From Bacillota bacterium (lineage in GTDB: Bacteria > Bacillota > Sulfobacillia > JAUYEG01): a stretch of 64,000 nt of DNA. The notes below the pieces were generated by a model. The model made no database searches. It was not told the DNA's origin and worked only from the letters and a program-made list of their open reading frames with translations. The position numbers and the translations under genes are program-made. The stretch spans positions 62,738-126,737 of the forward strand of contig JAUYEG010000081.1 in assembly GCA_030691505.1 (NCBI GenBank). Direction: 5' to 3'. Of this stretch, positions 12,384-21,863 are shown one piece after another; within the stretch, counting starts at the first letter, position 1; every line of letters begins with the position of its first letter.

Positions 12384-12956
12384 ATGGTCCTGAACGGGCC
12401 CCGTGAGGTCACGGACCTTGAGGTTAGGCGCCTGGTCCGCCGGGCCGTCGACGACCCGGAGTCGTTCCGGAAGCTCTACGACATGTACATTGACCACGTG
12501 TACGCGTTCGCCTACCGGCGCCTTGGTTCGCGAGCCGAGGCCGAGGACGCGACGGCGGACACAATGCTGGCCGCCCTGGCCAACCTGGACCGTTTCGCCT
12601 GGAAAGGCGGCGGCTTTGGAGCCTGGTTGTTTCGCATCGCCCGCAATCGCTGCCTGGACGCTCTCCGGGACCGCCGGCGCGAGTTGCCACTGCTGGCGGA
12701 TCACGCTGCGGAAACGGGCTCGGACGGCGCCACGCCCGAGGAGGCGCTGATTTCGGAGGAACAACACGACCGGATCAGGGCGCTCGTCGCCGGACTGCCC
12801 GACCCGCAGCAGGAGGCCGTCCTGCTCAAGTACTCAGCCGGTCTGAGCAACAAGGAGATCGCCGAAGCCACGGGGCGGACCCCGACGGCCGTCTCAAGCC
12901 TGCTCAACCGCGCTACCAGCAAGCTCAGGAGACAGTGGGGTGAGCAACATGGCTGA
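12384..12956 (+). CDS. RNA polymerase sigma-70 family ECF sigma factor
   Basis: Region 2 (YDMYIDHVYAFAYRRLGSRAEAEDATADTM) and region 4 HTH (LSNKEIAEATGRTPTAVSSLLNRATSKLR) are present. The ORF opens at 12351; the ATG at 12384 after GAGGTGG is preferred. Confidence 0.8.
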   Translation: MVLNGPREVTDLEVRRLVRRAVDDPESFRKLYDMYIDHVYAFAYRRLGSRAEAEDATADTMLAALANLDRFAWKGGGFGAWLFRIARNRCLDALRDRRRELPLLADHAAETGSDGATPEEALISEEQHDRIRALVAGLPDPQQEAVLLKYSAGLSNKEIAEATGRTPTAVSSLLNRATSKLRRQWGEQHG

Positions 12957-14175
12957 TAAGAGGGAGCGGATACCGGACGCGGAGCTGGACGACCGGCTGA
13001 CCCGGGCGCTGGCCGCGCCTGAGGCCGACCCGACGTTCCGCGCCCACCTCCGGCGCAAGGTCATGGAGCAGCACCCGGCAGCAGGGCTTGAGCAGCCTGA
13101 GAAATGGAGGGCAAGCGATATGACCAGAGTCGAGAGGCATAGCGCGCAGAAACCGCGTAGGTCGATTTCGCTCGGGCGCGTCGCCGCGGCGGTTGCGGCG
13201 GTGGCGGTCCTAGCAGTGGTAGCCGCTAAGCTGATCATGCCGGCCCCCGGTCCGGTTGCCGAGTTCGGAACCCTGCCCGGCCTTGCGGCGGGGCTGCCCC
13301 CGGAGGGCGGGGGCGCGGGCGGACCGGGCTACGAGTTCGAATTTACGTACGGCCTTGGCGGGGCCCTGACGTCCGGGTGGCCCAAGCTTCAGGACAAGGA
13401 ACTTGCGTACAAGCTGAGGGCGGAGTTCACCGAGGCGAGAGTCGCGGCGCTGGCGACCAAACTCGGTATCACAGCACCCGTGGTACGCGAAGAATGGCAC
13501 GATGGCTATCTGCTGGCGGCCGATCCCGGCGACAACGGTCCATCGCTGCGCATGTTCCCGGGCGGGTACACGGCCTATTCGCAGCCGTATGATGCCGAGG
13601 AACTGCCGCGGAGCGCCCTTCCGAGCGACGCGCGGGCCATCGAGATCGCCCGCAATTGGTTAGTGAACAACGGTTTTGTCCCAGCCGGTACTCTGGGCGC
13701 GGCAACGGTCATAGAGGATCTTCAGAACGGAAGCCTGTACGTGAGGTTCAAACCTGCCGAGCCTGCGGACATCGTCACCATCTCGCCGTTCGGCAACGTG
13801 CAGATCACTAAGGGCGAGAAGATCGCCTACGGCTCGGCAACCTGGTTCCCGGCCGTCGGGACGTCGAAGTATCCCCTGCGTCCTGTAGCCGACGCATGGG
13901 AGCAGGTGCGGGCCGGCCTAGGGATCCTGGATTGGCACGCTATTGAGTTCCCTGGGCCGTCCGCCGACGACAACCTGATCACCGGGCAGGCAACGGTTGA
14001 CAAGGTGCGCGTGGCCTGGTACCTAACGTTTGCGAGCGACGGCACGCCGTACCTGGTCCCGGTCTACGCGTTCTCGGGCACGGTGCAGGTCGGCGGAGGG
14101 GGAGACGATGGGCCGACGACCCTGCCGTTCCAGGTATGGGCCCCGGCCGCGGCAAGCCAGCACGTGCAGCAGTAG
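12940..14175 (+). CDS. putative membrane-anchored anti-sigma factor with large extracytoplasmic domain
   Basis: It overlaps the 3-prime end of the ECF sigma gene. It has a short cytoplasmic N-terminal region, a single TM (VAAAVAAVAVLAVVAA) and a 300-aa C-terminal domain. The sigma/anti-sigma arrangement is inferred from position. Confidence 0.55.
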   Translation: MSNMADKRERIPDAELDDRLTRALAAPEADPTFRAHLRRKVMEQHPAAGLEQPEKWRASDMTRVERHSAQKPRRSISLGRVAAAVAAVAVLAVVAAKLIMPAPGPVAEFGTLPGLAAGLPPEGGGAGGPGYEFEFTYGLGGALTSGWPKLQDKELAYKLRAEFTEARVAALATKLGITAPVVREEWHDGYLLAADPGDNGPSLRMFPGGYTAYSQPYDAEELPRSALPSDARAIEIARNWLVNNGFVPAGTLGAATVIEDLQNGSLYVRFKPAEPADIVTISPFGNVQITKGEKIAYGSATWFPAVGTSKYPLRPVADAWEQVRAGLGILDWHAIEFPGPSADDNLITGQATVDKVRVAWYLTFASDGTPYLVPVYAFSGTVQVGGGGDDGPTTLPFQVWAPAAASQHVQQ

Positions 14176-14317
14176 GGACTGGATTGGCCCGGCAGACCGG
14201 GCGGGTGATCGTAAGTTGGCAAAGAGCCCTCCGCACGCGGCCACCGCCGCTCGGAGGGCTCTTCGCCTGCACGGCGAAACCGTCTTGCCGTCGAGGTCCG
14301 ATTGGAGGTGTGCGTCC

Positions 14318-15098
14318 TGTGACACCTGAGGAAGACGTCGCAAAGGGCGGGTGCGGCCCCATCAACTACGAAGCCCTGGCGGCCACCTACGCCCGTTTCC
14401 GGGAGGCGGTTCCGCGGGTGGTCGAGTACCTGGTCCGGACGCTGGACGGGATCAGCTCGCCCGCTATCCTGGAAATCGGTTGCGGAACGGCCGACCACCT
14501 GGCCGCGCTAGCGGACGTGATCGCCCCGCTGGGCGGCCGGGCTGCAGGTTTCGACCTATCGCCCGGGATGCTGAAGCAGGCCGGTGCCAAGCATCCGCAG
14601 CTCCAGCTGTTGCAGGGCGACGCGCACGGCCGCTTTCCGTATGCGGACGGGCAATTCGACCTGGCCTTTTCTGTGAACGTCATCCACTACCTTAGCGATC
14701 TGAGTACGCATTTCGGCGAGGCGAGGCGGGTGCTGCGTCCGGGCGGGCGCCTCGTGACGGTGACGGACTCGGAGGAAGACATTCGTGCGCGCACCATGAC
14801 GCACTACTTTCCGGAAACGGTCGACCGGGAGCTTGAGCGCTACCATCCGGTGGCTCGCCTGACCGCGGCCATGCGGGCGGCAGGATTTGGCGGCATCGAG
14901 GTCGCTCACACCCGCCACGCGAGCGTCTTCAGCCCGGCCGACATCGACCGCTACCGGCGGCGCGCCTTCTCTGCGCTGCGGCTCATTTCGGAGGAGGCGT
15001 ACAACAGGGGCCTCGCCCGCCTTGAGTCCGACTACGCCGCCGGCCCGCTTGAGCTTGAGCTGCTGGAGCTCTACACGTACGTGTCCGGAAGGGCGTAG
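14318..15098 (+). CDS. class I SAM-dependent methyltransferase (Methyltransf_11-like)
   Basis: SAM-binding motif I ILEIGCGTADHL, motif post-I FDLSPGML, LRPGGRLV. The ORF opens at 14136, but a GTG at 14318 gives the typical length. Confidence 0.7.
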
Positions 15099-15109
15099 GT
15101 CCCTTTTCC

Positions 15110-15520
15110 CAGGATTCTCACGTCCTTTACCGGCGGTCCTTTCGCTCTTGCGGGCAGCCCTTTTCATCAGGCGAGAATCTCGGGCGGGTAGTTCACTCCA
15201 CATGAGCATGTGCCTGTCGGTGCGCTCACGTGCTGAAAACTAGCGACCGCCGTTCTCATCCAGTGAAAACGTACTGACGGCGATACTCGCCAGACGAGAA
15301 CCATACGGCAGAGGTTCTCACGTGATGAAAACCGGTGGGGTGGATTTCCATCTGGCGAGAAGGCTAAGGCGGTCGTACTCGCCAGTTGAAAACCCCTCGG
15401 GATGGGTTCTCATCTGATGAGAACCCTGGGTACCATTTCCGCCACGTGAGAACTCGGAGATAGCTCCTCTCGCCACGTGAACACAGATCAACCAAGATTC
15501 TCGCACGGTGAAAACCTGCT
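15110..15520. repeat. array of about 9 copies of a ~21-bp imperfect palindrome (consensus about GGTTCTCAYSTGATGARAACC) in both orientations
   Basis: Copies seen directly: 15114 gattctcacgtcc; 15170 (rc) gcgagaatc; 15227 tcacgtgctgaaaac; 15252 gttctcatccagtgaaaac; 15313 ggttctcacgtgatgaaaacc; 15376 ctcgccagttgaaaacc; 15406 ggttctcatctgatgagaaccc; 15443 cacgtgagaactc; 15497 gattctcgcacggtgaaaacc. Local GC is lower than the flanks. Confidence 0.7.
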
Positions 15521-15604
15521 CCCCCTCGGAGACCGGAGCCCGGGCAATACACTCCGGTCCACCGCATGAGGACTGCAGGACGCGATCGAAGCACGCACGC
15601 TCCT

Positions 15605-16417
15605 CTACGTTTTGTCTCCGGGGCTGCGCCGCTGCTGTTGCCTATCCAGCCTCCCAGTCTTGGCCGCGTAGGCAAGGCTGATCCTCGCCAGGGTCTTGTA
15701 GTAGGGTCCGTCTTCGTTCACATAGTTCAGCGCCAAGTTATCAGGCAGGAGCCTCCGAAAGGCCTCGGGGGCCAGATCCTCCGCTGACACGGTTATCAGG
15801 CTCACGCCCTGTTGCTGGCTGAGGGCTAGTTTCGCCAGATCATGGTTGCGAGTCTCCCTGAAGCCCTTGTCTTCGCCGAAGGTCGATGAGGCGGAGTAAT
15901 GCTGGGAACCGTTGAACTCGAAGGCCACTTTGGCCTGGTAGTAGAACCGGTCGTACTCGAGGGGCGGGGCGTCCTCAGTAGGTCTGAGGAAGTCAGGGCG
16001 AGCGTTGTCCACATAGGCGTCGCTCCAGACCCACATATCGAGGTGGCGTTTCATCAGGAACTCCCCCCTGTTGGGGGCGAAGCCATACTCGACCTCAAGG
16101 AGTTGGGCCATTTCAACTTCGCAGCGAATGGGAATGGTCGGGATGGGGCATATCCTGCGACCTGGTTGTTTGGACATACGCATCCAATCGGTTGCCTCAA
16201 GCCGTTCGCAAGCCTTGGCTACCGTGGCCCATGATAAGTCCAGGGCTGCGGCGATTTGTCTGATATTCTTAGGCCTGAAGAACAGACACCATAGATACAG
16301 CGAACGGTCAATGAAGCCGAGTCCCTGCTGGGCCGCCAGCTCTCGCAATACCACGCCGTGCACTCGCACTCCTTGATCTCCGTCTCCTTTCCAGGGGCGA
16401 TGGGCCCATTGTAGCAT
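15605..16417 (-). CDS. winged-HTH protein with C-terminal DUF559 / Vsr-like (PD-(D/E)xK) endonuclease-like domain
   Basis: The C-terminus FYYQAKVAFEFNGSQHY...FRETRNHDLAKLALSQQQGVSLITVSAEDL fits the DUF559 pattern (ExDGxxH ... R..L...G..V.R). The central wHTH is IRQIAAALDLSWATVAKACERL. GC is below the window average. Confidence 0.5.
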   Translation of the reverse strand: MLQWAHRPWKGDGDQGVRVHGVVLRELAAQQGLGFIDRSLYLWCLFFRPKNIRQIAAALDLSWATVAKACERLEATDWMRMSKQPGRRICPIPTIPIRCEVEMAQLLEVEYGFAPNRGEFLMKRHLDMWVWSDAYVDNARPDFLRPTEDAPPLEYDRFYYQAKVAFEFNGSQHYSASSTFGEDKGFRETRNHDLAKLALSQQQGVSLITVSAEDLAPEAFRRLLPDNLALNYVNEDGPYYKTLARISLAYAAKTGRLDRQQQRRSPGDKT

Positions 16418-16525
16418 GAATGGGAAAATCTGACATGCCAGTTTCGGGCACGAGAAGACCCCGCCGAGCTCATCTGCCCGACGGGGTCTGCGTGGTCGGT
16501 CAAGAGGATTGTTGGTTGGGGCTCC

Positions 16526-18325
16526 CTACCTCCGCCGCAGCACCTTCCCCGCCCTGGTGCCGAGGTGTTTGCCGTCCCGCACTACCTGCTTGCCGTTGAC
16601 AAAGACATGATGCAGCCCTGCCGGATGCCGGCGCGGCTCGATGTAGTCCCCTAACGCCGCGTACCTGGCCGGGTCCCATACGGCCAGATCGGCAAACGCC
16701 CCGGGCTCGACGCGTCCGCGGCCCTTGAGCCCGAGCCACTCCGCCGGGAAGCCTGTCAGCTTGTGCACAGCCGCCTCGAGGGGCTGCGGCGCAAAACGCC
16801 CCAAGTACGTGGCCACCGCGCTGTAGGTGTTGGGGTGAGGCAAGAAGTATGGCGGATGCTCGCCCCGCCAGTTGCAGTCAAACGCGAACGTGTCGCTGCC
16901 CATCATCGCCCGCGGGTGGGCGTAAAAGGCCTTCACCCCGGCCGCCGACATCCCGCCCGTAAACCGGACCACCGCCATGGGATCCTCGGCGACCAGGTCA
17001 AACAGCACGTCAAGAGCGTCCTGCGCCCCTGCGCCCGCCCCTGCGCCCGCCCCTGCGCCTCCGCCTCCGCCCCGCTCCACCGCGATGTCGGCCACGGTCC
17101 GGCCGTTCCAGCGCTCGTCAGCAGCCTGCAGAAACCTGATCCGCTGCGCCCACGCGGGGTCGGCCTTGGGCTGGAATGAATACCACTTCCCCGCCTCCAG
17201 CGTTGCGCGCAGCTCCGCGCGGAAGTCGCGCATCTTGAGGGCCCGGGCCAGACCCTCCAGCGATCCCAGTTCCCTGACCCACGGGGCCAGAGGGGTGACC
17301 AGGCGGTTGGCCAAAAGGACGCCGCCGTCCACGTTGGGTATGACGTCGAACGCCGCGTCGACGCCGTCCGCGATCGCCCTATCGATTACCTCCAGCGTGG
17401 CCTCGGCCGCAGCCTGTTCCATCGCCTCGGTTGCCGGCGGGTAGGTTGCGTACCCTGACTGGATGTGCGCGACCAGGACCTTGATCCCGCTACGCCGGCT
17501 GATCTCCATTCCTTCCTCGATGCCCGCGAGCTTGTTCTGCGGGCCGTTCCGCTTGGCGTCGCCGCGCCTGATGCCGGTCCGGCGCCAGTGAATCGCGTGC
17601 AGGCCGCGGTAGGCCTGCACGACCGTGGTCATTTCGACCAGCTCGGCGGTTTCGGCGTGGGCGCCCGGCTGGTAGTCGAGACCGCTGGAGAAACCGGCCG
17701 CGCCCTCCTCCATCGCCCCGCGGATCAGGTCTCCCATGCGGGCAAGCTCGCCGGCGCTGGGCGCGCGGGCGTGGTCGTCGCCCATGACCTGGGCCCGGAC
17801 CGTGTTGTGGCCGACGAGGGGCACCAGGTTGAGCGAGATCCCAGAGCGCTCGACGCGGTCCAGCCATTCGCCGAAACCGTGCCAATCGATGTCCAGGCCG
17901 ATCTTCTCGCGCGCCGCCGCGCGGACCCGCTCAAGTGGGTGAATGAGCGGTTCATGGTATTTGTAGGGCTCGATCTGGGGCCAGAAGTTCCACTCCCAGA
18001 ACGAGAACAGGTAGCGGTCCACGAGGGGCGCGGGCGAAAAACCGCAGTGACCCGTGAGCACGGTGGTCGTGCCCTGCAGCAGGAAGCTCGGCGCCTCGGG
18101 GTAGGAGAGGATCGTGCCCTCGGCATGGTTATGTACGTCGATAAAGCCGGGGCTCACGACAGAGCCGGCCGGGCAGGCCAGGCGCTTGCCGGCCACTGCC
18201 GCCGACAGGTCGCCCACGGCCGCGATTCGCTCACCCTTGACCCCGACATCAGCCGCAAAGCGCGGCCGTCCGGTGCCGTCGATAACCGTACCGCCGGCAA
18301 GCACAACATCAAAAGACTCCGCCAC
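16526..18325 (-). CDS. N-acyl-D-amino-acid deacylase (D-aminoacylase) family amidohydrolase
   Basis: The N-terminus FDVVLAGGTVIDGTG...VSPGFIDVHNHAEG (metal-binding HxH) and overall length are typical of the D-aminoacylase family. It contains a Gly/Ala-rich insert. Confidence 0.75.
   Translation of the reverse strand: MAESFDVVLAGGTVIDGTGRPRFAADVGVKGERIAAVGDLSAAVAGKRLACPAGSVVSPGFIDVHNHAEGTILSYPEAPSFLLQGTTTVLTGHCGFSPAPLVDRYLFSFWEWNFWPQIEPYKYHEPLIHPLERVRAAAREKIGLDIDWHGFGEWLDRVERSGISLNLVPLVGHNTVRAQVMGDDHARAPSAGELARMGDLIRGAMEEGAAGFSSGLDYQPGAHAETAELVEMTTVVQAYRGLHAIHWRRTGIRRGDAKRNGPQNKLAGIEEGMEISRRSGIKVLVAHIQSGYATYPPATEAMEQAAAEATLEVIDRAIADGVDAAFDVIPNVDGGVLLANRLVTPLAPWVRELGSLEGLARALKMRDFRAELRATLEAGKWYSFQPKADPAWAQRIRFLQAADERWNGRTVADIAVERGGGGGAGAGAGAGAGAQDALDVLFDLVAEDPMAVVRFTGGMSAAGVKAFYAHPRAMMGSDTFAFDCNWRGEHPPYFLPHPNTYSAVATYLGRFAPQPLEAAVHKLTGFPAEWLGLKGRGRVEPGAFADLAVWDPARYAALGDYIEPRRHPAGLHHVFVNGKQVVRDGKHLGTRAGKVLRRR
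17030..17085. repeat. in-frame tandem 12-nt GC-rich repeat (about 3.5 units of cctgcgcccgcc) inside the D-aminoacylase CDS
   Basis: gcgcccctgcgcccgcccctgcgcccgcccctgcgcctccgcctccgcc encodes GGGGGAGAGAGAGAGA on the minus strand. Confidence 0.7.
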
Positions 18326-18464
18326 CTGGAATCACCTCAAGCGCGCGGTTCGTGGGACCTCCGGCTACTTCCTGCAGCAGGGCTTCTGAGGTCAGCTAAG
18401 GAAAAGCCCCCGGTCCGCGGTGGCCGGGGGCCGACTGTGTGGCGAGGCGATGTGCGGAAAAGGG

Positions 18465-19007
18465 CTAGTGGGTTTCGATGTCCCTGGCCCCGTGCTCGCT
18501 CAATACTTTGCGGACCTCTTCTTCCTGGCCTTCATCCGACTCAACGGCGCAAAGGATCTTCCCCTGTTGGACCTGTTCCTGATAGTACTCGCTGCGTTCG
18601 GCCGGAATGCCCAGGTCAACGAGTCCGCCGACCAGTCCGCCGGTGGCGGCGCCGGTCAGTCCGGCAGCCAGCGGGCCCAGCGCAAGGATCGGGCCGATCC
18701 CGGGGACCGCGAAGAGCCCCGCGGCCGCGAGCAGGCCGCCCGCTCCGCCTATGGCTGCCCCGGTCCACGTACCGGTGCTGACGTCCTCGCGCATGCTCAT
18801 GTCGCCGCCAGCGCCGCCAGCGCCGCCCTGGCCACCGCGCCCGGCGTGCCCGCCGGTGCCGGGCTCACCGCGTGTGCCTTCACGGCCCTCGCCCTTTTCG
18901 CCTCTGGCGGCAATGGAGATGCGCTCATGCAGGCCTTTGTCACGTAGCTCGCTGGCCGCGCGCTCCGCGTCCTCACGGTGCTGAAATACGCCCACGACTG
19001 TACTCAT
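18465..19007 (-). CDS. YflT/DUF1269-like general stress protein with Gly-rich central region
   Basis: The N-terminus VVGVFQHREDAERAASELRDKG and C-terminus SEYYQEQVQQGKILCAVESDEGQEEEVRKVL are both YflT-like segments. Start taken at MSTVV. Confidence 0.45.
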   Translation of the reverse strand: MSTVVGVFQHREDAERAASELRDKGLHERISIAARGEKGEGREGTRGEPGTGGHAGRGGQGGAGGAGGDMSMREDVSTGTWTGAAIGGAGGLLAAAGLFAVPGIGPILALGPLAAGLTGAATGGLVGGLVDLGIPAERSEYYQEQVQQGKILCAVESDEGQEEEVRKVLSEHGARDIETH

Positions 19008-19187
19008 CCGATTACCTCCCTGTTTTAGTTCTGGCAAACACGATTCAGTTTGCCCGTAATCGCCTTGCGAGCGTCATCTAATTCCGGTCGCAGTCATTTA
19101 TTTCCGGTCGCTGGCGCAGACGGATCAATTGTGGTAGCATGTCAGGTGCCGTGCTCGATGGTCATGCGGCGCCGACATAGCGGTAGC

Positions 19188-19265
19188 GGTGGATGTAGCT
19201 CAATTGGTTAGAGCGTCGGACTGTGGCTCCGAAGGCTGGGGGTTCGAGACCCCTCATTCACCCCA
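19188..19265 (+). tRNA. tRNA-His (anticodon GTG)
   Basis: Cloverleaf with an extra 5-prime G-1 paired to C73, D-arm GCTCAATTGGTTAGAGC, anticodon loop CTGTGGC, T-arm GGGGGTTCGAGACCCCT, and CCA encoded. Confidence 0.85.
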
Positions 19266-19371
19266 GATAACCAGGGCCTCCCCCAAAGGGAGGCCTTTCG
19301 CGCGCACCTTAGGGTATAATGATGACTGTCATTCCGGCGCATCGCCTGATGACGCAAGTCTGCCGTTTCGC

Positions 19372-19447
19372 TGGGGCGTCGCCAAGCGGTAAGGCGCCGG
19401 ACTTTGGATCCGGTATTTCGTAGGTTCGAATCCTACCGCCCCAGCCA
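19372..19447 (+). tRNA. tRNA-Gln (anticodon TTG)
   Basis: Acceptor TGGGGCG/CGCCCCA with a U1:A72 pair, anticodon stem-loop CCGGA-CTTTGGA-TCCGG, T-arm GTAGGTTCGAATCCTAC, and CCA encoded. Confidence 0.85.
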
Positions 19448-19565
19448 AAACACCCCGGCGGCGCGCCCCGGCACGCACCGCGGCGCGGGCTTTTCGCTGC
19501 TCGGACGGCATGGTAAACTACAGTAGCTATCGCCGGGACGCGACAATCCGGGGGTAACGTCTTGT

Positions 19566-19641
19566 GGGCCATTAGCTCAGCTGGCAGAGCACCCGCCTTT
19601 TAAGCGGGGTGTCGAAGGTTCGAATCCTTCATGGCCTACCA
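19566..19641 (+). tRNA. tRNA-Lys (anticodon TTT)
   Basis: GGGCCATTAGCTCAGCTGGCAGAGC D-arm, anticodon stem-loop CCCGC-CTTTTAA-GCGGG, T-arm GAAGGTTCGAATCCTTC, acceptor ATGGCCT, and CCA encoded. Confidence 0.85.
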
Positions 19642-19686
19642 GTTTTTGTTCGAGGCGGCTTGATCCCACTCGAAGCGGCAGTTGAG

Positions 19687-19773
19687 GCGGGCGTAGCCGA
19701 ATTGGCATAGGCGCTGGACTTAGGATCCAGTGGGGTCACCCCCGTGGGGGTTCAACTCCCCCCGCCCGCACCA
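19687..19773 (+). tRNA. tRNA-Leu (anticodon TAG), long variable arm
   Basis: GCGGGCG acceptor, anticodon stem-loop CTGGA-CTTAGGA-TCCAG, long variable arm TGGGGTCACCCCCGT, T-arm GGGGGTTCAACTCCCCC, and CCA encoded. Confidence 0.85.
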
Positions 19774-19811
19774 CCTCAGGCTGGCTCTGACCCAAGGAGG
19801 AACCCACGCGG

Positions 19812-21205
19812 TGAAAGTTGATCTCTCATACCCCGAAAAACACGTAGCCCTTCTATCCATCGACGTCGAGACGGACCGCATCGCCGAAGTTCGCGAACGC
19901 GTGTACCGCAGGCTGGTGCGCAAGTACAGCATCCCCGGTTTTCGCAAGGGCAAGGCGCCGCAGGCCATACTCGAGCGGTATGTCGGTCCGGAGGCGTTTG
20001 ATCAGGAGGTCCTGGATGAGCTGCTTCCAGCGGCGTACCAGGAGGCCTTGGGGCAGGCGTCCGTCCAACCGGTCACGCCGCCTCAGGTTGAGGTCACGCA
20101 ATGGCAGCGCGGCGAGCCGCTCCTGTTTAAGGCCACGGTGACCACGAAGCCCGAGGTGGCCTTGGGCCAGTACACGGGGCTCGAGGTGCGGCGGGACGCG
20201 GCGGACGTGACCGACGAGGCCGTGCAGGCCGATCTGTCCATCATCCAGCGCCGCCTCGCGGAGCTCGTCGACGCGCCAGCCGGCGCACCGCTCGCGCATG
20301 GCAGCGTGGCGGTTGTCGACTTTGCCGCAACCGTCGACGGCAGTCCGCTTGAGGGCGGATCCGCCCAGGACTACCCGCTCGAGATCGGCTCGGGGCAGTT
20401 TGTGCCGGGTTTTGAGGAGCAGTTGGCCGGGGCCAAGGTCGGCGACGAGCGCGAGCTGGCCATCACATTTCCGGCTGACTACGAAGCAAGCCTGGCGGGC
20501 AAGGAAGCCCTCTTCAAGGTGACCGTTAAAGGGCACCGCGTCCGCAACCTTCCCGAGCTGGATGACGAGTTTGCGCGTAAGGCCGCGCCGCTGCTTGGGC
20601 TCGAGGTCGATGAGGAGGGGTTCGGGCTTGAACGCCTCCGGGCCGAGATCCGCCGCCGCCTCGAAGCGGGCGCGGAAAACCGGGTGCGCGCCGACTACGA
20701 GCGCCGCGTTGTTGACGCCGTGATGGGGAATTCTCAACTGGAAGTGCCGGAGGTAATGATCGCCAACCGGGCGGCCGCGTTGCGCAGGGGTTTCGTTGAA
20801 ACCCTGGAGCGGCGAAAGCTCACTCTGCAGGAGTACATGACCGCGGGCGGCCAGACCGAGGTGGACCTCGAGTCCGGTTTCCGGTTGCGAGCAGAGGGCG
20901 AATTGCGCCGTGAGCTGGTGATGGAGGCTATCGCGCGCAAAGAGGGGATATCCGCGGGCGAGCAGGAAGTAGACGAACGAATCACGACCATGGCCCGTCT
21001 ATATGGACAGGACCCGGCCCGCTTGCGGGCGGCCCTGGAGCAGGGTGACCGCCGCTCGGATATCGCCGCGGAGATCGTCGCCCGCAAGACCATAGACTAT
21101 CTGGTGGGGGCGCAGGTACCGGTCGGAACCCGCGACGAGCCCGGAAACGTAACCAGTGAAGAGGGACAGGTCCAGCCTGCCGATTCCAAGGAGGAAAAGC
21201 AATGA
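19812..21205 (+). CDS. tig: trigger factor (ribosome-associated peptidyl-prolyl isomerase chaperone)
   Basis: [20 protein letters not shown]...[21 protein letters not shown] and an FKBP-type PPIase segment ([17 protein letters not shown]) are present. The ORF opens at 19730 inside tRNA-Leu, so the GTG start at 19812 is preferred. Confidence 0.9.
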
Positions 21206-21798
21206 GCCTCGTGCCCATGGTCATCGAGCAGACCGGCCGCGGGGAGAGAGCGTTCGACATTTACTCCCGGCTGCTCAAGGACCGTATCATCTTTTTAGGA
21301 ACGCCGATCGACCACCATGTCGCCAATCTTGTTGTCGCGCAGTTGCTCTTTCTGGAGAGCGAGGACCCCGATAAGGATATTATGCTGTATATCAACTCGC
21401 CGGGCGGCGTGGTCGAGTCGGGCTTGGCCATATTCGACACGATGCAGTACATCAAGGCGCCGGTTTCGACGATGTGCATCGGGCTCGCGGCAAGCATCTC
21501 GGCGGTTATCCTGGCTGGCGGGTCCAAGGGCAAGCGGTATAGCCTGCCGCACGCGCGGATCATGATCCACCAGCCGTCCATGACCGGCCTGCAGGGTCCG
21601 GCCAGCGATATCCAGATTTACGCCAAGGAGATACTCAAGAGCAGGGAACTGCTCAACGGGATCCTCGCTCAGCATACGGGGCAGCCCATGGAGCGGGTTT
21701 CACAGGACTCTGAGCGGGACTTCTTCATGTCAGCCAAAGAAGCCAAGGAGTACGGGTTCATCGACGGCGTGTTAGACCGGCCCAAGATGGGGCGCTAG
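21202..21798 (+). CDS. clpP: ATP-dependent Clp protease proteolytic subunit
   Basis: Canonical ClpP sequence: [42 protein letters not shown], active-site Ser region [16 protein letters not shown]. Confidence 0.95.
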   Translation: MSLVPMVIEQTGRGERAFDIYSRLLKDRIIFLGTPIDHHVANLVVAQLLFLESEDPDKDIMLYINSPGGVVESGLAIFDTMQYIKAPVSTMCIGLAASISAVILAGGSKGKRYSLPHARIMIHQPSMTGLQGPASDIQIYAKEILKSRELLNGILAQHTGQPMERVSQDSERDFFMSAKEAKEYGFIDGVLDRPKMGR

Positions 21799-21863
21799 CC
21801 GAGGCACTGCCTCGCCGGGCCGCATACCGTTAGGCATAGCGCAATAGGGAAACGCAGCGAAAC

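Noticed and set aside
15110-15520. Possible CRISPR array
   Set aside because: The repeats are imperfect, occur in both orientations, have irregular spacing and are not separated by unique equal-length spacers. There is no leader and no cas gene nearby.
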